DNA from: Eledone cirrhosa
Lineage: Eukaryota
Reading direction: 5' to 3'
Assembly: GCA_964016885.1 (NCBI GenBank)
Contig: OZ024764.1
Location: 21,080,001 to 21,144,000, forward strand
Length of the DNA: 64,000 nt
Part shown: one piece after another, positions 1-13,277 of the stretch
Layout of the letters: each line of letters starts with the position of its first letter
Position numbering within the stretch: position 1 is the first letter of the stretch
Translations under genes and position numbers: made by a program
Notes under the pieces: model-generated
Database searches by the model: none
Seen by the model: only the letters and a program-made list of their open reading frames with translations
What the model was told of the DNA's origin: nothing

Positions 1-1206
1 GTGAGAGGCAGATAAATACAGTGGGAGAGAAAGAGCACTGAACATGCAAAGAGAAGGAAAATAAAAACGCTAGAAATACAAAATCTAAGGCTGTGAGTTT
101 GTGTAATAGTTCGCATGGGTAAATCCGCAGTAAAAACCGAAATTGTGAGTTTGTGTAAAAAAGAAAAAAAAAAAAAACATGGGCAAGACTTAAGTAAAAT
201 CAAAACCTGAATGATAGTGATACAAGATGTTTACAATTACGGAGTGATTACATTACTGGACCTGAATTCTATCAAGTGGTCAAAGCTTCTAATTCTGTGA
301 AATAGAATGGAAGTATGGATTGACCTTTCAGTCACACCTGACTATAAATAGATTCAGGTTATTTCAAGAGGGAGATGGGATGGTTCCTCGCCATTTATAA
401 TTATTTATATTTTATATTTGGGGGGTTTGATTTTGAAAAATTGTAAGTGTATGTTAAGGAGGAAAGTATAATTGTGTGATACAATTGCTCCAGGTTGGTT
501 CCCTACGTTGTTGCCACAAACAATTCTTTTTTCCTCCGAACATCTGTTATTCCTCTCCGTAGATTATAAATGGTAAAATCCGTTCGATCCAACCGAATGG
601 AAAATCCAGTTCCTTGAAGAATATTTTGAGTTGTCTCGGACAAAGCAAAAAAAGGGGGAAAGTTGAAAATGTTTACCTCGTTTGGTGGTCAATTGCCATC
701 TCCCACTGTGTTTTTCTTTCCTTTATCATTATTGTTCAATAAATTATATTATTATACACAGTTTAGACAATATATTTGTAATGTCTTTCTCAAGGAATTG
801 CCAGCAATTTATAATGTTATTTACACACTTATGTTATTTATGTATATATTTAAAACATATTTACAACGTTATTCTACTGTAAATTTATACAATTGTAATA
901 AAATATATTAATTATATCATCACATAATATAAAAACGACCTTTAGAATATTTAAATATTTAGTTTTGTTAATTTATTTTTCAGCAACAACAAAAGTTTTC
1001 ACTTTAATTAATTAGAGGTAGGTAAAATATAGATAATTACGATAACATTTTATATTTTCAGTAATAAAACAAACAAGAAAATATATATTTGTGATGTGAA
1101 AAGTGAGATTAAATCTACAATATTAATAGACATAATACTTACATTATAGTCTCAGGTGTTTAGTATTTACAGAAATGTTGTCTAAATGTTGTTGTAGGAA
1201 GACTAA

Positions 1207-1268
1207 CACGTGGACAGGAAGTCGACAACTGCACCACTGCGCATGCTTCAATGTTTTTTTCGTGACGT
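1207..1268. promoter_or_regulatory. Promoter-like motif cluster (E-box, ETS, NRF1-like, CRE/ATF)
   Basis: CACGTG, CAGGAAGT, TGCGCATGC and TGACGT within 62 bp of AT-rich DNA; recurs at about 18920, 38686 and 58831. Function is inferred from motifs only. Confidence 0.45.
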
Positions 1269-1622
1269 AAAAATATTTTTACCGAATTAAATTATGTAAA
1301 GTTTGTAATAAAAAAATGAAGTTGAAAACAGTAAATGTAATTAAAATAGAGAAAGTAAGGTGTTGGTGGTGAGGAATGGACGGTAGACGTTTCACCTCAG
1401 TCTAGGTAGTGTATTTTTACCTGTGTCACTCGGACAATAGCCAGCGATGACCACTACACCAAGCACTCTCTCCTTCAGGTGGTGTCCACTTTCGTGAGTC
1501 TGTAGAATAACAGGGCAGTTGGAAGACAGAGGACAGCAGAGGAGGTCTTGACTTGAAAAGATTATCACTTGATACCTCGATATAACCTGTTGGTAGAAAT
1601 AGTAGGGAGCTGGATCAATCGA

Positions 1623-1803
1623 GTACCCTGACAGAGATCCCAGGGTATGTCGGTAAGATAGGGTCATATGGGGGCTAAGTTGCCAGAACAGCTAAGTACC
1701 CCGACAGAGATCACCGGGTACTTCGGTAAGATCGGGTCATGTGGAGGCTAAACCGCCAGAACAGCTAAGTACCCTCACAAGAGTCATCGGGTACTTCGGT
1801 AAA
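1623..1803 (+). repeat. 73-bp GC-rich tandem repeat (about 2.5 copies; also about 19346-19525, about 39100-39352 with 3.5 copies, reduced at about 59230)
   Basis: GTACCC starts at 1623, 1696 and 1769. Confidence 0.85.
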
Positions 1804-2950
1804 GCCAGCCGCCAACAGTGACAACAACTTCGTTGTCAGCAGCCCAGCTTCTCAAACATCACAGACTGGAATAAATACTTTGCCGATAATTACTGGTAGT
1901 TTAGCTTTTATTTCGTTCGTCTACAGAAGCAGTGACCCTCACTTTTACTACAGCATGTAGGATGTGGGAGGGAGACGAAAACATCACTAACTGGGGTCTC
2001 ACAAATGTGACAGTTAGTTTTGAAAATACATATACAACATACAAGATAAATGACTAGACTGAAATATATTTGATAGGGAATAAAGAGTAGAATATTCTAG
2101 TCTGTGGTGTTGGAGAAGTTTGGAGGAGATAGGTCCCTGACAACGAGGTTCTTGTTATCGTTGGCAGCTCTCCTTACCGAGGTGTCAGGTGATACATATG
2201 AGGGTGTTTGGTAGTTCCAACATCTTAGCCTTGCTATCACTCGAGGTAAGACTGTCTCAGAAAGTATTAGAAGGAGACTCCGGCACCCCATGTGATGTGA
2301 GACTGATTGACAGAGTGTTGACTTAATATTTTCATTTGTTGTGATTCTATGTGAAATATATCTCTATGTAAGTAACTTGGTTACGTGAATCGAGTGAATC
2401 TCGTAAATACTTAAACAGAAATCTACTTAGGACACAAAATAAAGCAGATTCCATTGAACAAAGTATTTAAAAGACGTATATCAAAAAGAAGGGTGGATGT
2501 AACGAGAGTTGTCTCCCCTTACGTTTATGTTTTACTGTAGTAGAAGTATAGATGTGTTTGTCTGTCTCTCTCTCTCGGTATAAACTACCATTTGCACTGC
2601 CTCTGTTTTTTGTTCCTGTCTAATATTTAACTATATATATATATATCCATCTCTCCAAAAATGATCAATTTAATTCTCTTTAACTCACTACATTCCACGA
2701 CATGAAGTCTGCTGTCAAAACTGACCAAAGAATCCTGCCACCTCTACCCCTCCCTCCATCTCAGTTTGTCACTCTACTTCCTACCTCTTCCCCCTTCCTC
2801 TCTCTCTATACTATTCCGTCTGTCCCCTCACCTTCTGATTCCTCTCTCTATATACTAGTAAATACAATTCCAAATAAATGTTTTTCTCTATATATTAAGA
2901 ATTATGCTACAATAATTTCTATATTCTTCATTTATATATATATATATATC

Positions 2951-3122
2951 TTGAGGTTGTGAGTTCGATTCCTGGACCAGGCGATGCGTTATGACCTTGA
3001 GCAAGACACTTTATTTCACGTTGTTCCTTCTACCTGGAATTGCGACCGATAGTACTAGCAATTGGAAAGACCAATGGAAACATTGCTTCCTCGGTCCGAT
3101 TTGACGAAAGTCGATCGTTCCT
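2951..3122 (+). mobile_element. 5'-truncated tRNA-derived SINE with CORE-like domain (copies at about 20871 and 45655)
   Basis: B box GTTCGATTCC followed by TGACCTTGAGCAAGACACTT; flanked by (TA)n. Confidence 0.7.
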
Positions 3123-3147
3123 TCATATATATATATATATACACACA

Positions 3148-4731
3148 CTGTTGTACCTTGACTTATGAGTTTAATTTGTTCCGTGGAGGACCTCGTTACT
3201 TAAATTACTCGTATGTCAAATCAATTTTCGCCACTGAAATAAAATAAAAAGCCATTAATCCGTTCCAGACCCCCCAAAAAAACCACAGTTTGTTTTGTTA
3301 CGTGTTTTTAAATAAGAAAAATGTACTTATAAAAGACAAATATTGTATATAAAAAACAATACAATAGAATGTACTACAATAAACTGGTTTTATTAAGTAT
3401 AATGTACAGCATCTATCTTGGAGATCAGACGACTTGAGGATGTTGACGGAGGAGAAAGGATGAACTGAATAACTGAATCTTATTCGCTGATTTTTGCCCT
3501 TTTCGCCACGCGTTCCTCACTTTTATCTGCAGGGATTTTCAATAAAAACCTGTCTAATAAGGTTTGTTTCATCTCACTTGTTGAGATAACCTCCTCTGTG
3601 TCACCTATTTCCTGCAAAAACTCCGTGTGTTGCTGTGTCTGTAGCTCCTTTAATTCCTTCGTTGTCAGTTCCTCGGGGTGCTCCTCGATGAGCTCGTTGA
3701 TGTCACCTTCATCCATGTCCAGGCCCATGGACTTACCGAGGGGTACAATCTCCTCCACCACTGCCGCTTCGGGTTCCAGTCTTTCAAAGTCTGTTTTAAA
3801 CACAACCTCAGGCCACAGCTTCTTCCATGTAGAGGTCAAGGCCCTCTTTGTAAGACCCTGCCAGTTCATATCGATAATTCTGAGGCATATCACGATGTTA
3901 TAATGGTCCTTCCAGACCTCTCAAGGGTGAAGTTTGTGCTCCCCGTCACTTCAAAGCAGCGACTGAACAGGTGCTTGGTGAAGAGCTTCTTGAAATTAGA
4001 AAGTACCTGCTGGTCCTTGGTCTGTAGGTTAGGGGTGGTGTTTGGTGGAAGGTAGAGGACCTTTATAAACTTGAACTCTTCGAGGTTAGGTGGGTGAGCA
4101 GGTGTATTGTCCAAAACAAGAAGGTTTGCAGGGGTAGGTTATTTTCCTGGAGATATTTTTTAACGTCAGGACCAAAGACCAAATTCACCCACTCCACAAA
4201 GAACTGCCTTGTGACCCATGTCCTCGGGTTTGCCCTCCACATAACCTGCAATTTTTCTTTCAGACTCTGGAATTGTCTGAATGATAAACGAGCGGCAACT
4301 TAATCTTACAGTCACCGCTCACATTGGCACAGTGCGAGGGTTAGCCTATCCTTTATGGGTTTGTGGCCAGGCATCCTCTTCTCCTCTGCCATTATATAAG
4401 TCCTCCGTGGCATCTTCTTCCAAAAAAGTTCTGTTTCATCACTCGTACTACTTCACCAAGTCCACTACACACACCTTGGTCATGTTTTTCTATAATTTCT
4501 TTCTTTAATTCAATACACATCATCTGCTTCTTCTTCTCAGAACTGTCCTTCACCCTCACTTTCTTCGAAGCCATGGGATGCTGGGCGGGTGTTATGGTAC
4601 TGCCTGTGGCGGTCGCTATGCCAACTAGTGGCGGGGCATCTGAAGCTGACTCGCAACCCGAATTTTACCCTGGAACTCAACGCAAAAAATCAGCCGATTA
4701 GTTGGGACACTCGTAAATCAAGGTACCACTG
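3148..4731 (-). mobile_element. Decayed Tigger/pogo DNA transposon, internally deleted
   Basis: TIR CAGTGGTACCTTGA(C/T)TTACGAG with TA at the right end and a degenerate left TIR. Fragments MASKKV..IELKKEIIEKH (CENP-B-type N-terminus), WRANPRTWVT, DNTPAHP, LPPNTT..Q..DQ. Confidence 0.9.
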
Positions 4732-4733
4732 TA

Positions 4734-7502
4734 TCATCATCATCATCATCATCATTTCACGTCCGCTATTCCCTGCTCGCAAGGGTGGGACGGGTCTTAT
4801 TCAGCACAGCATCTCTCCACTCATCACGGTCCTTCGTCATCTCCACCGTGAGCTTCAACGATGTGAGGTCTGTTCTAACCACCTCCGCCCATGTTTTTCG
4901 TGGTCTACCTCGACCACGTCTTCCTTCAACTGTCATTTCCTGGCACTTCTTCACCCATCGGTCATCCTCCATGCGCATCACATGTCCATCACATGTCCAT
5001 ACCACCTCAGTCTTTTCCCCCGTACACTACAGTCTATCCATCTCAGACAGTTTCTCTCTCAACACATTCATGCTGGGTCGTTCACGCACATTTACAATGC
5101 ACATCCCACGGATGTCTCATTTCTGAAGTTGCTGCCCATGTCTCACTACCATGCAGCATTGCGGTGCTCACATAGGCATCATACAACCGGCCTTTCTTCG
5201 TCAGCAGAGGAAGCAGCTCCCTAAACGTCTTCCAACCCGTCCTTATTCTAGTTACTATGGCCTCGGAACACCCTCCTCCCATGCTAATCTGATCTCCTAG
5301 GTACTGGAAGCTATCCACCACTTCTATAGCGCCTTCCTGCATTTGAAAACTGTGTCTATCAATGCGACTTCTACTGTCTAATTTCCCTGTACATCTACTG
5401 CATACGTATTTCTCCCTACCTGTTAGTTTGCCTGCTATCCCGCTACATCTCGTGTACCCAGGATCTGCATTGTGTGCATTTTATAGAATTTATGCCAGTT
5501 CCTTTTCTGCATATCGAACATGGCCATTTCCCTAATAGAATCAGAGTTTTGTCCTCTTTTCTACTCATCAACACTTTTGTCATAGCTAGGTTCACTCTCA
5601 GTCCTCTTGCTGTTTCCAAAGCCAGAATTTATTCTCTAGCTCCTCTACTGATTCTGCTATAAGAACAAGATCGTCAGCATAGAGAAGTTCCCATGGACAG
5701 CCAGTCTTAAACTCCTCTGTTATGACTTGGAGGACTATAATGAACAAGAGCGGACTGAGGACCGAACGTTGATGTACTCCTACTTGTACATAGCTTGCAC
5801 TGTCCTCACAAGCCATTCCTCAACACCTAGCTTCCTTAGGGACCACCAGATGACAGATCGGGGTACCCTATCAAAGGTCTTCTCTAGGTCAACAAAGGCT
5901 AAGTAGAGTGGCTTATTTTTCTCTAAGAACCTCTCTTGCAATTGTCTCACCAAGAAGAGGGCATCGGTTGTACTCTTCCCAGGCACAAAACCAAACTGCA
6001 TCTCATCTAGTTTGACCCTTTCTCTAATTAGTTGTGCTAATATCCTTTCTGCCACTTTCATAACCTGATCCATCAGTTTTATACCCCTATAATTGCTCCT
6101 CTCCCTTTTACCTTTGTAGCAATTTATGAGAATACTGCTGCACCAGTCTTTGGGTATGACACCACCATATATAGCCTGATTAATGATGTGTGCAACCAGT
6201 TTAGTGTCTACGTCCCCTGATGCCTTCAGCATCTCAGCAACTATTCGCGATGGTCCAGCAGCCTTACCATTTTTCATTTCCTTAATCGCCTCTTGGACCC
6301 TATATTCATCAATCTCAATAGCTGGTCCCTCTATCGGATCTACTAAGGGTAATTTCTCTCTCCCCCATTCGTTCTCCACATTCATCAGTCTCTCATAATG
6401 ACATTTCCAGGCCTCCTCTTTCTGATCATTCGTGACACTAAGTACACCGGCATCATCCCGGACACATTTATCTCCAACAACATCCTGATTTGCATTGACC
6501 CTGATCTTCCCGTCGCAGAACATTGGCAAACCTCCTACTCTCTGCCTCCCTGCGTGCTAAGTACACCTGACGTCTAGCTTCTCTCTTAGTGGCTGTATAT
6601 TCTTCCCTACTCCCACCCTTTTTCCAAGCCTTCCATGCTAGCCTTTTGTCTCTAATGGCCTTATCTACTGTGCTGTTCCACCACCAGGTCACTCTCTGTC
6701 TGGTTGGAGCTCTGTTCCAGCCAGAAGTTTCATCAGTAGCCTGCAGTAAGTTGTCACGCAAGAAATTCCAGTTGTTATCTATGTCATACGTCTCTAAATC
6801 GTCTTCTTTTTCGTCATATACATCTTGAAGGGCTTTCCTAAATTTGTATTTTAGTTAAAGCTCTTTTAGCTTCCAGACCTTTCTTCTCCACACCTTCCTG
6901 TATGTCTCATTCCATCTTTTGCTTACTGAGATATCACTAACAACTAACCTATGCTGTGGGGTACATTCTTCCCCAGGGTATGCCTTGGTATTACACACTA
7001 TCTGCCTGTCCCGCTGCCTAACTAGCAGGAAGTCAATCTGGCTTATGTGCTCGCCAGATTTGTAGGTTATTAGGTGATTGGCAGGTTTCTGGAAGTTTGT
7101 GTTGCAAATAGTCAATGTACCTGCATCACAAAATTCAAGAAGTCTCACTCCTTCTTCATTTCTTGAGCCGTAACCGTGCCCACCATGTACCCCAGTATAA
7201 CCATCCTGGAGCTGTCCAACATGACCATTGAAGTCCCCTACTAGCATAATGATGTCTCCGTCCTCTGTCATAGGCAGAGATGATTGTCAGTAGTCTCCTG
7301 CCTACAACTAACCTAAGCTTATTCTATTACTAACTCGAACTACCTCTATTGTCTTATTGATCCATCTCTCAGCCAGGAAAATGCCTACTCCCCCTAACCC
7401 ATCATCCTTACCTACCCAGAAAAGCTTATAGCTAAGATGTTTGCCTACGACTAGTCTCGCAGAGGCACCTCTCCATCTCACCTCTTGCACGCAGCACACA
7501 TC
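4734..7502 (-). mobile_element. RTE-clade LINE, decayed (APE endonuclease plus RT)
   Basis: CVQEVRW, GDFNGHVG, IDFLL (APE); QFGFVPGKSTTDA, FVDLEKTFDRV, GVHQ.SVLSPLLF, LYADD (RT); (GAT)n 3' tail at 4734-4755; empty site at 47921. Confidence 0.92.
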
Positions 7503-7611
7503 TATATATATATATATTTGTGTTTGTGTGTGTATATGTATATTATAAAATTATAATATAGAAAACAGCGATCTTCTGATTACTGAAGCTGGTGCATTAG
7601 ATATTTCACTG

Positions 7612-8076
7612 CCAACACTGTAAAGAGGTTGTGTAGGTGTCACAACAAAAAGTATCCAGTCCACACTGTAAAGTGGTACTGTAGGTGTCATGACATAAAG
7701 TACCCAGTACTCACTGTAAAGTGGTACTGTAGGTGTCATGACAAAGTACTCAGTACTCACTGTAAAGTGGTCAAGTAGGAGTCACAACAGAAAGTTCCCA
7801 GTACTCACTGTAAAGTGGTACTGTAGGTATCATGACAAAAAGTTAAAAAGTACCCAGCCCACACTGTGAAGTGGTCGAGTTGGTGAGATGGTAAAATGCA
7901 CCCAGTACTCAATGTAAATAAGGTTGGTGCTAGGAAGGTCATCCAGCTGTAGAAACCAAACCAAAATTGGTTCTGTAGGAGCAACACGTGGTCACCTGAC
8001 CTGGCATTGCTTACAACAGGATAACTCGTCTAACCCATGCCAGCATGGAAAAAATGATGTAAAACAGTGATGATGA
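7612..8076 (+). repeat. About 48-bp minisatellite running into an RTE-tailed SINE-like 3' end
   Basis: Repeats of CACTGTAAAGTGGT..TGTAGGTGTCAC.ACAAAAAGTACCCAG followed by GGAAGG.CATCCAGCTGTAGAAACC...CCCATGCCAGCATGGAAAA...GATGATGAT. Confidence 0.8.
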
Positions 8077-8977
8077 TATAACATTTGTTTAATAATGAAT
8101 TCCAATCTCATTGTTAACAGCTATAGATGTCAGGATGTGAACCTTCTTACTGAAATATCTTCTCCATGTTAGTGGCTGAAGAAGATTTAGAAAACTTTCA
8201 CACAATAACCGTATTTCCTAACTTCTCCCCTAAAAAATACAAGACAAGCAGGGGCAGACTTTTACCTACTGAAGCCCTAAGCTATATGAAGTTAGAGGTT
8301 CTTCTCTAAAAATATATAATTATCTTTTATATTAATATTAATGATAAAGAATAAATAATATAATAAATATACCACCATAGGTGCTGAGGTGGCTAGCTGC
8401 TGGTGTGAACCTCACAAGATGGAATAGCTCTTCCAGCACATCTAGAACATGACCCCCTAATATCTAGTATTTAGTAACAAACTAGACGACCTGGGACCTG
8501 TTCTGTCACGTTCCCTTAAAACTATTTTTGAAATATCATTTTAAAATAGTTTTTAAATAGTTAAAATATACACATACGTATATATATACATATATACACA
8601 CACACATATTTTATTAAACACCACCAGCTCTCACTCTCTCTTCCATCTGTCTCCTCACTCTCACAACCACTATCTCTTTCTCTCCCTATATTTATCAAGG
8701 TACTCAGAAAACCCCGTATCTTGGGAACCTGTGCTCCAATTTATACAAAACTTGTTTTATTCTTTTCAAAGTATTTCCACATTATGCACTGTTTTAGCTG
8801 TATTAAATTACAGACAAGACACGATCACAGAGTTTTAGTAGTATATAGATAATATAGCTTCAAATTAAAGTTAGTAAACGACAGTTTGGAGAAATCTGTA
8901 ACATTTATTAAACATTCTTCAAGTTTGTCAATTCTATAGCACAATAGTTTGTTAGTTAAAGTGTTTAGTTAGATGTT

Positions 8978-9344
8978 CTACATATGAAGAAGAGAGAATA
9001 CTTTACCACAAATATTACAGTGGTATAATGATTTTCCCATCTCTACTGGAAAATATTCCTATGTTGATGTAAATATTTCTATTGTTCATAATTTTATCAA
9101 ATGTGATCTTTGTCAATATCCAATATTTTGAAAACTCCTTTGTAAATATCCAAAGTTTAATCAGAATGTAAGATCATCTTGTAAATATTCCAGACAGTGA
9201 AAAAGAAAAATGTTGTTATTTATCTCAATTCAGAAGAAATATTTCACCATAATTCACCACAGACTAAACAAGTTTATATCACTTGTATGTAACATCTTTC
9301 TGTTGTCTTTAAAAGACTCTTTTCTGTCAAAGTCATGTGATATT
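8978..9344 (-). pseudogene. Vestigial ZNF exon (leader plus half finger MGKSLYHCNICGKVFSLLHM*)
   Basis: Minus-strand acceptor TTTCAG|AATA at 9344 matches the acceptor at 12293. Leader blocks (ATATTCCAGACAG) are shared with 11700-11900. Micro-ORF 9040-8978 has CxxC-GK-F but no His pair; AATAAA near 8905. Confidence 0.7.
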
Positions 9345-9643
9345 CTGAAATAGTAGAGAAACATTATTAAGATATTTAGAAAATAGAGATACAACAGTGA
9401 AAACTTTACTACATCTCTATATTAATAAATATAAACCTTACATGGTGACACAAACACTGCAACACTAACTTACAGGAAAACATCTAGTTACTTGTTCTAG
9501 TTACTTTAATCAGGTGAAGAGATAAACTAGATTGACTTCATTCTCATCAGAAAACAGGATAGACAGATGGTTGGGAATATTAACTCCTTTACTGGAGAAG
9601 GACGTACCACTCAACATAGACTAGATACTAGGTGTAATATCTA

Positions 9644-10042
9644 GAGGGACTGACAGATACAAGACTATCTGTAGAAAGAAGGGTTGGAGAGTAAAAGATC
9701 TCCCTGTTAAATATAAGATCTACAGGGACGGTGAGAGAGGTACAACACCACCTAGAGAAAAGGGTAGGGACAGTAAAAGATCTCCCTGTTAAATATAAGA
9801 TCTACAGGGATTGTGAGAGGTACAAGACAACCTAGAGAAAAGGGTAGGGACAGTAAAAGATCTCCCTGTTAAATATAAGATCTACAGGGACTGTGAGAGA
9901 GGTACAAGATAACCTAAAGAAAAGGGTAGGGACAGTAAAAGATCTCCCTGTTAAATATAAGATCTGGAGGGACTGTGAGACTGGTACAAGACAACCTAGA
10001 GAAAAGGGTAGGGACAGTAAAAGATCTCCCTGTTAAATATAA
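9644..10042. repeat. About 82-bp tandem repeat (5 copies) downstream of ZNF1
   Basis: AAAAGATCTCCCTGTTAAATATAA at 9693, 9775, 9855, 9937 and 10019; fewer than 2 copies at about 32280; absent in unit 3. Confidence 0.88.
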
Positions 10043-10697
10043 ATTCAGAGATGTTCTACATGATACATATGATAAGGAGGAGGAGATTGATAGCTATGAC
10101 ATAGAAGATATCTGGAAGTTTCTTTCAGCCAGCCTGTTGTGAACCACTGATGAGATCTGTACTTGATGTAAGCTGCCAGCCAGATGAATGTTGCCTTGGT
10201 GATGGAATAGTACAGTAGATAGAAGTTGAAATCTAAAAGACCTGAAGAGACAGGAGGGGAACAACAATATCAAATAGTTAAAATGGAAGCTAGATATTAG
10301 GCTTACAAGTTATTGATTTCTGTTGTTATTGTTAAAATCTGTTTAATCTGTGATATGTGAGACAATGTACAGGACAATAGAATTAATATCAATGTCTGAC
10401 TAGCAACAACAAAAGTTTTCATTTTATTGGCAGGTTTAAATTACAGAAGTTCCCAACCTTTACTGAAAATACAAATATATATCTTACCTGTTAAAGTATA
10501 ATAAATCAAAGTTTAATGTGAAAAACTTCAATTTACACAAAATCTTCAAACACTACTTCAAAAATGGAAACCTGGTGTTTATGATCCCTGTCCTAGGTAA
10601 AACCTACAAGGTTATCCCCAGTTTTAGCCAGGATGATGGATCTACACAATTGTTGTTGTTGTTGTAGTATGATGTAATGAGTTTGATATTGATACAG

Positions 10698-11495
<798 letters not shown>

Positions 11496-12578
11496 TCAAT
11501 CACCTCAGTTTCTCACATAATTCAGTTTTAATATTTTTCTCCTCGCAATATATGGATATTTTTCTTCTTTATGTTTATAATATTATTCCTAAAACATATT
11601 CCTCCAGATATATTTCTATCAACTTTGGTCTTTCTTTATATTTAAAGATGATACAAACTGTTTTGTAGATCTCTTCAAGTTTAATATACATATAAAATCA
11701 TCTTGTACATATTCCAGACAGTGAAGAATCTAATTTTTCTGGTTTTTATTTGATTAGTTATTCCTGTAATAATGGAAATATTTCTACTCCTGTACTTCCA
11801 TCAACTATCATCTTTGTCAATATATGAAGATCTTACAAAATCATGTGTAAATTTCTTCTGCTTTATTTTGTATCTTCTACATATTCCAGACAGCAAAGAA
11901 TAGAAGTGTTATTGAGTTTACAAGAAATATTTCCCAGTATTTCTCCCATAGATTTATATAAACAAGGTTGTATCTGTTCTGTATAACAGCTTCCTTTAGT
12001 CTTTAAATAATGGTGTTGATGAAACAACTGATATAAAAGTGTTTTATCCTTTTCATACCAGTCTTTATATTTATCTAAAAACTTTCCATTATAACTTCAT
12101 GAAATTGTGCAAAGTTATGTTCCAAATAGCAGCTTAATACTGAGAAATTTAGTTATATTACTAAATCCCTTCAAAGTGTTGAGTGTTTTCAAAATTATTT
12201 GAAAATGATGGGTAGTGTCTTTCATTAGAAATGGTTAATGTTGAGGATATGTCTGATGTAACGTGCTCTTTAATGCCAATGTCCTCCGGTATTCTGAAAT
12301 AATAAAAGAACATTATAAGATACTCAGAAACTTGTAATACATCAGTACAAATTTCATATAATATTTCTATATATATAAATGGACTGTAATAAATACTAAG
12401 GCCTTCCTTGGTGAAGAATGTGCTGACTAACATAGGTTAGTTATTAGTGGCAGTAGATTAAACTGACTGATAAAAGTAGTTATTAGTGAGATTAGATTAA
12501 ACTGACTGATAAAAGTAGTTATTAGTGACATTAGATTATACTGACTGATAAAAGTAGTTATTAGTGACATTAGATTAA

Positions 12579-12784
12579 CCCTTTAGTATTCACATTACTC
12601 TATATTTACTATTATATTTTCACAGTAAATGCTTTATCTCTCATAATGTCAAATCTGAGATTTTCATGTTATTTATTTTGAGAACAATACCTTAACATAA
12701 GTATAAGTGACCAGTTACTGCCAGTTTGAACAGAAAGATGTGGGAGAAATCTGGCCAGATATGGCCATTTTATATACTAAAGGG
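12579..12784. mobile_element. piggyBac-type MITE (also 34976-35181 and 51616-51823)
   Basis: TTAA|CCCTTTAGTAT ... ATACTAAAGGG|TTAA: terminal inverted repeats with TTAA on both sides. Confidence 0.8.
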
Positions 12785-12788
12785 TTAA

Positions 12789-13270
12789 AGAAATTAGGTG
12801 TAGAAGAATGGCTTTTGAGAAGCTGTCAGTAAAGTGTGATTAGTGAGGAATTGAAGGTACAGGTAGGAGTTCATCATGGTTTAGTTCTTAGCCCACTGTT
12901 GTTCATCATAGTTCTCCAAGCCATAACAGAGAGGTTTAAGACTGGCTGTCTATGGAAACTTCTCTATGTAGATGACCAACTATAGATATAGAATTTGAAA
13001 TGGTAAGTTCTGAGAATATACTTAGCCAAAACTAAAATGGTAATGGATAGGAGAGAAGACCCTGACCCCTACAGGAAAGTGGCTCTGCTCCATATGTAGA
13101 AAAGGAATAAGTAGAGATAACCACAATGACAGAGACCTAGTTATAATAAACCTACCAACCACCTAATAACCTACCAATCAGGTGAGCACATGAGACAGAT
13201 TGACTTCTTGCTAGTTAGGGAGTAAGACAGATAGATGGTGTCAAATACTAAGGCATACCCCAGGGAACAA
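12789..13270 (+). mobile_element. Rearranged RTE fragments, RT piece before EN piece (also 35186-35813)
   Basis: KLGVEEWL..QVGVHHG.VLSPLLF..LYVDD, then a SGEH..QIDFLL-like segment; truncated version of 51828-54256. Confidence 0.8.
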
Positions 13271-13277
13271 AGTAGCA

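Noticed and set aside
663-911. Small ORFs conserved in all four units (663-911 and 2097-2291 with paralogs)
   Set aside because: Conservation is explained by recent duplication; no recognisable domain, variable or non-ATG starts.
3480-3893. TIGD1-like host gene
   Set aside because: Fragment of a frameshifted Tigger transposase bounded by TIRs.
10463-10487. 25-nt GTAAG...TTTCAG micro-intron on the minus strand
   Set aside because: Below typical animal intron size and unsupported without RNA data.
12161-12433. 90-aa ORF upstream of the ZNF as an N-terminal effector domain
   Set aside because: Spans the predicted intron acceptor, ends in a stop far before the ZNF ATG and is truncated in unit 2.
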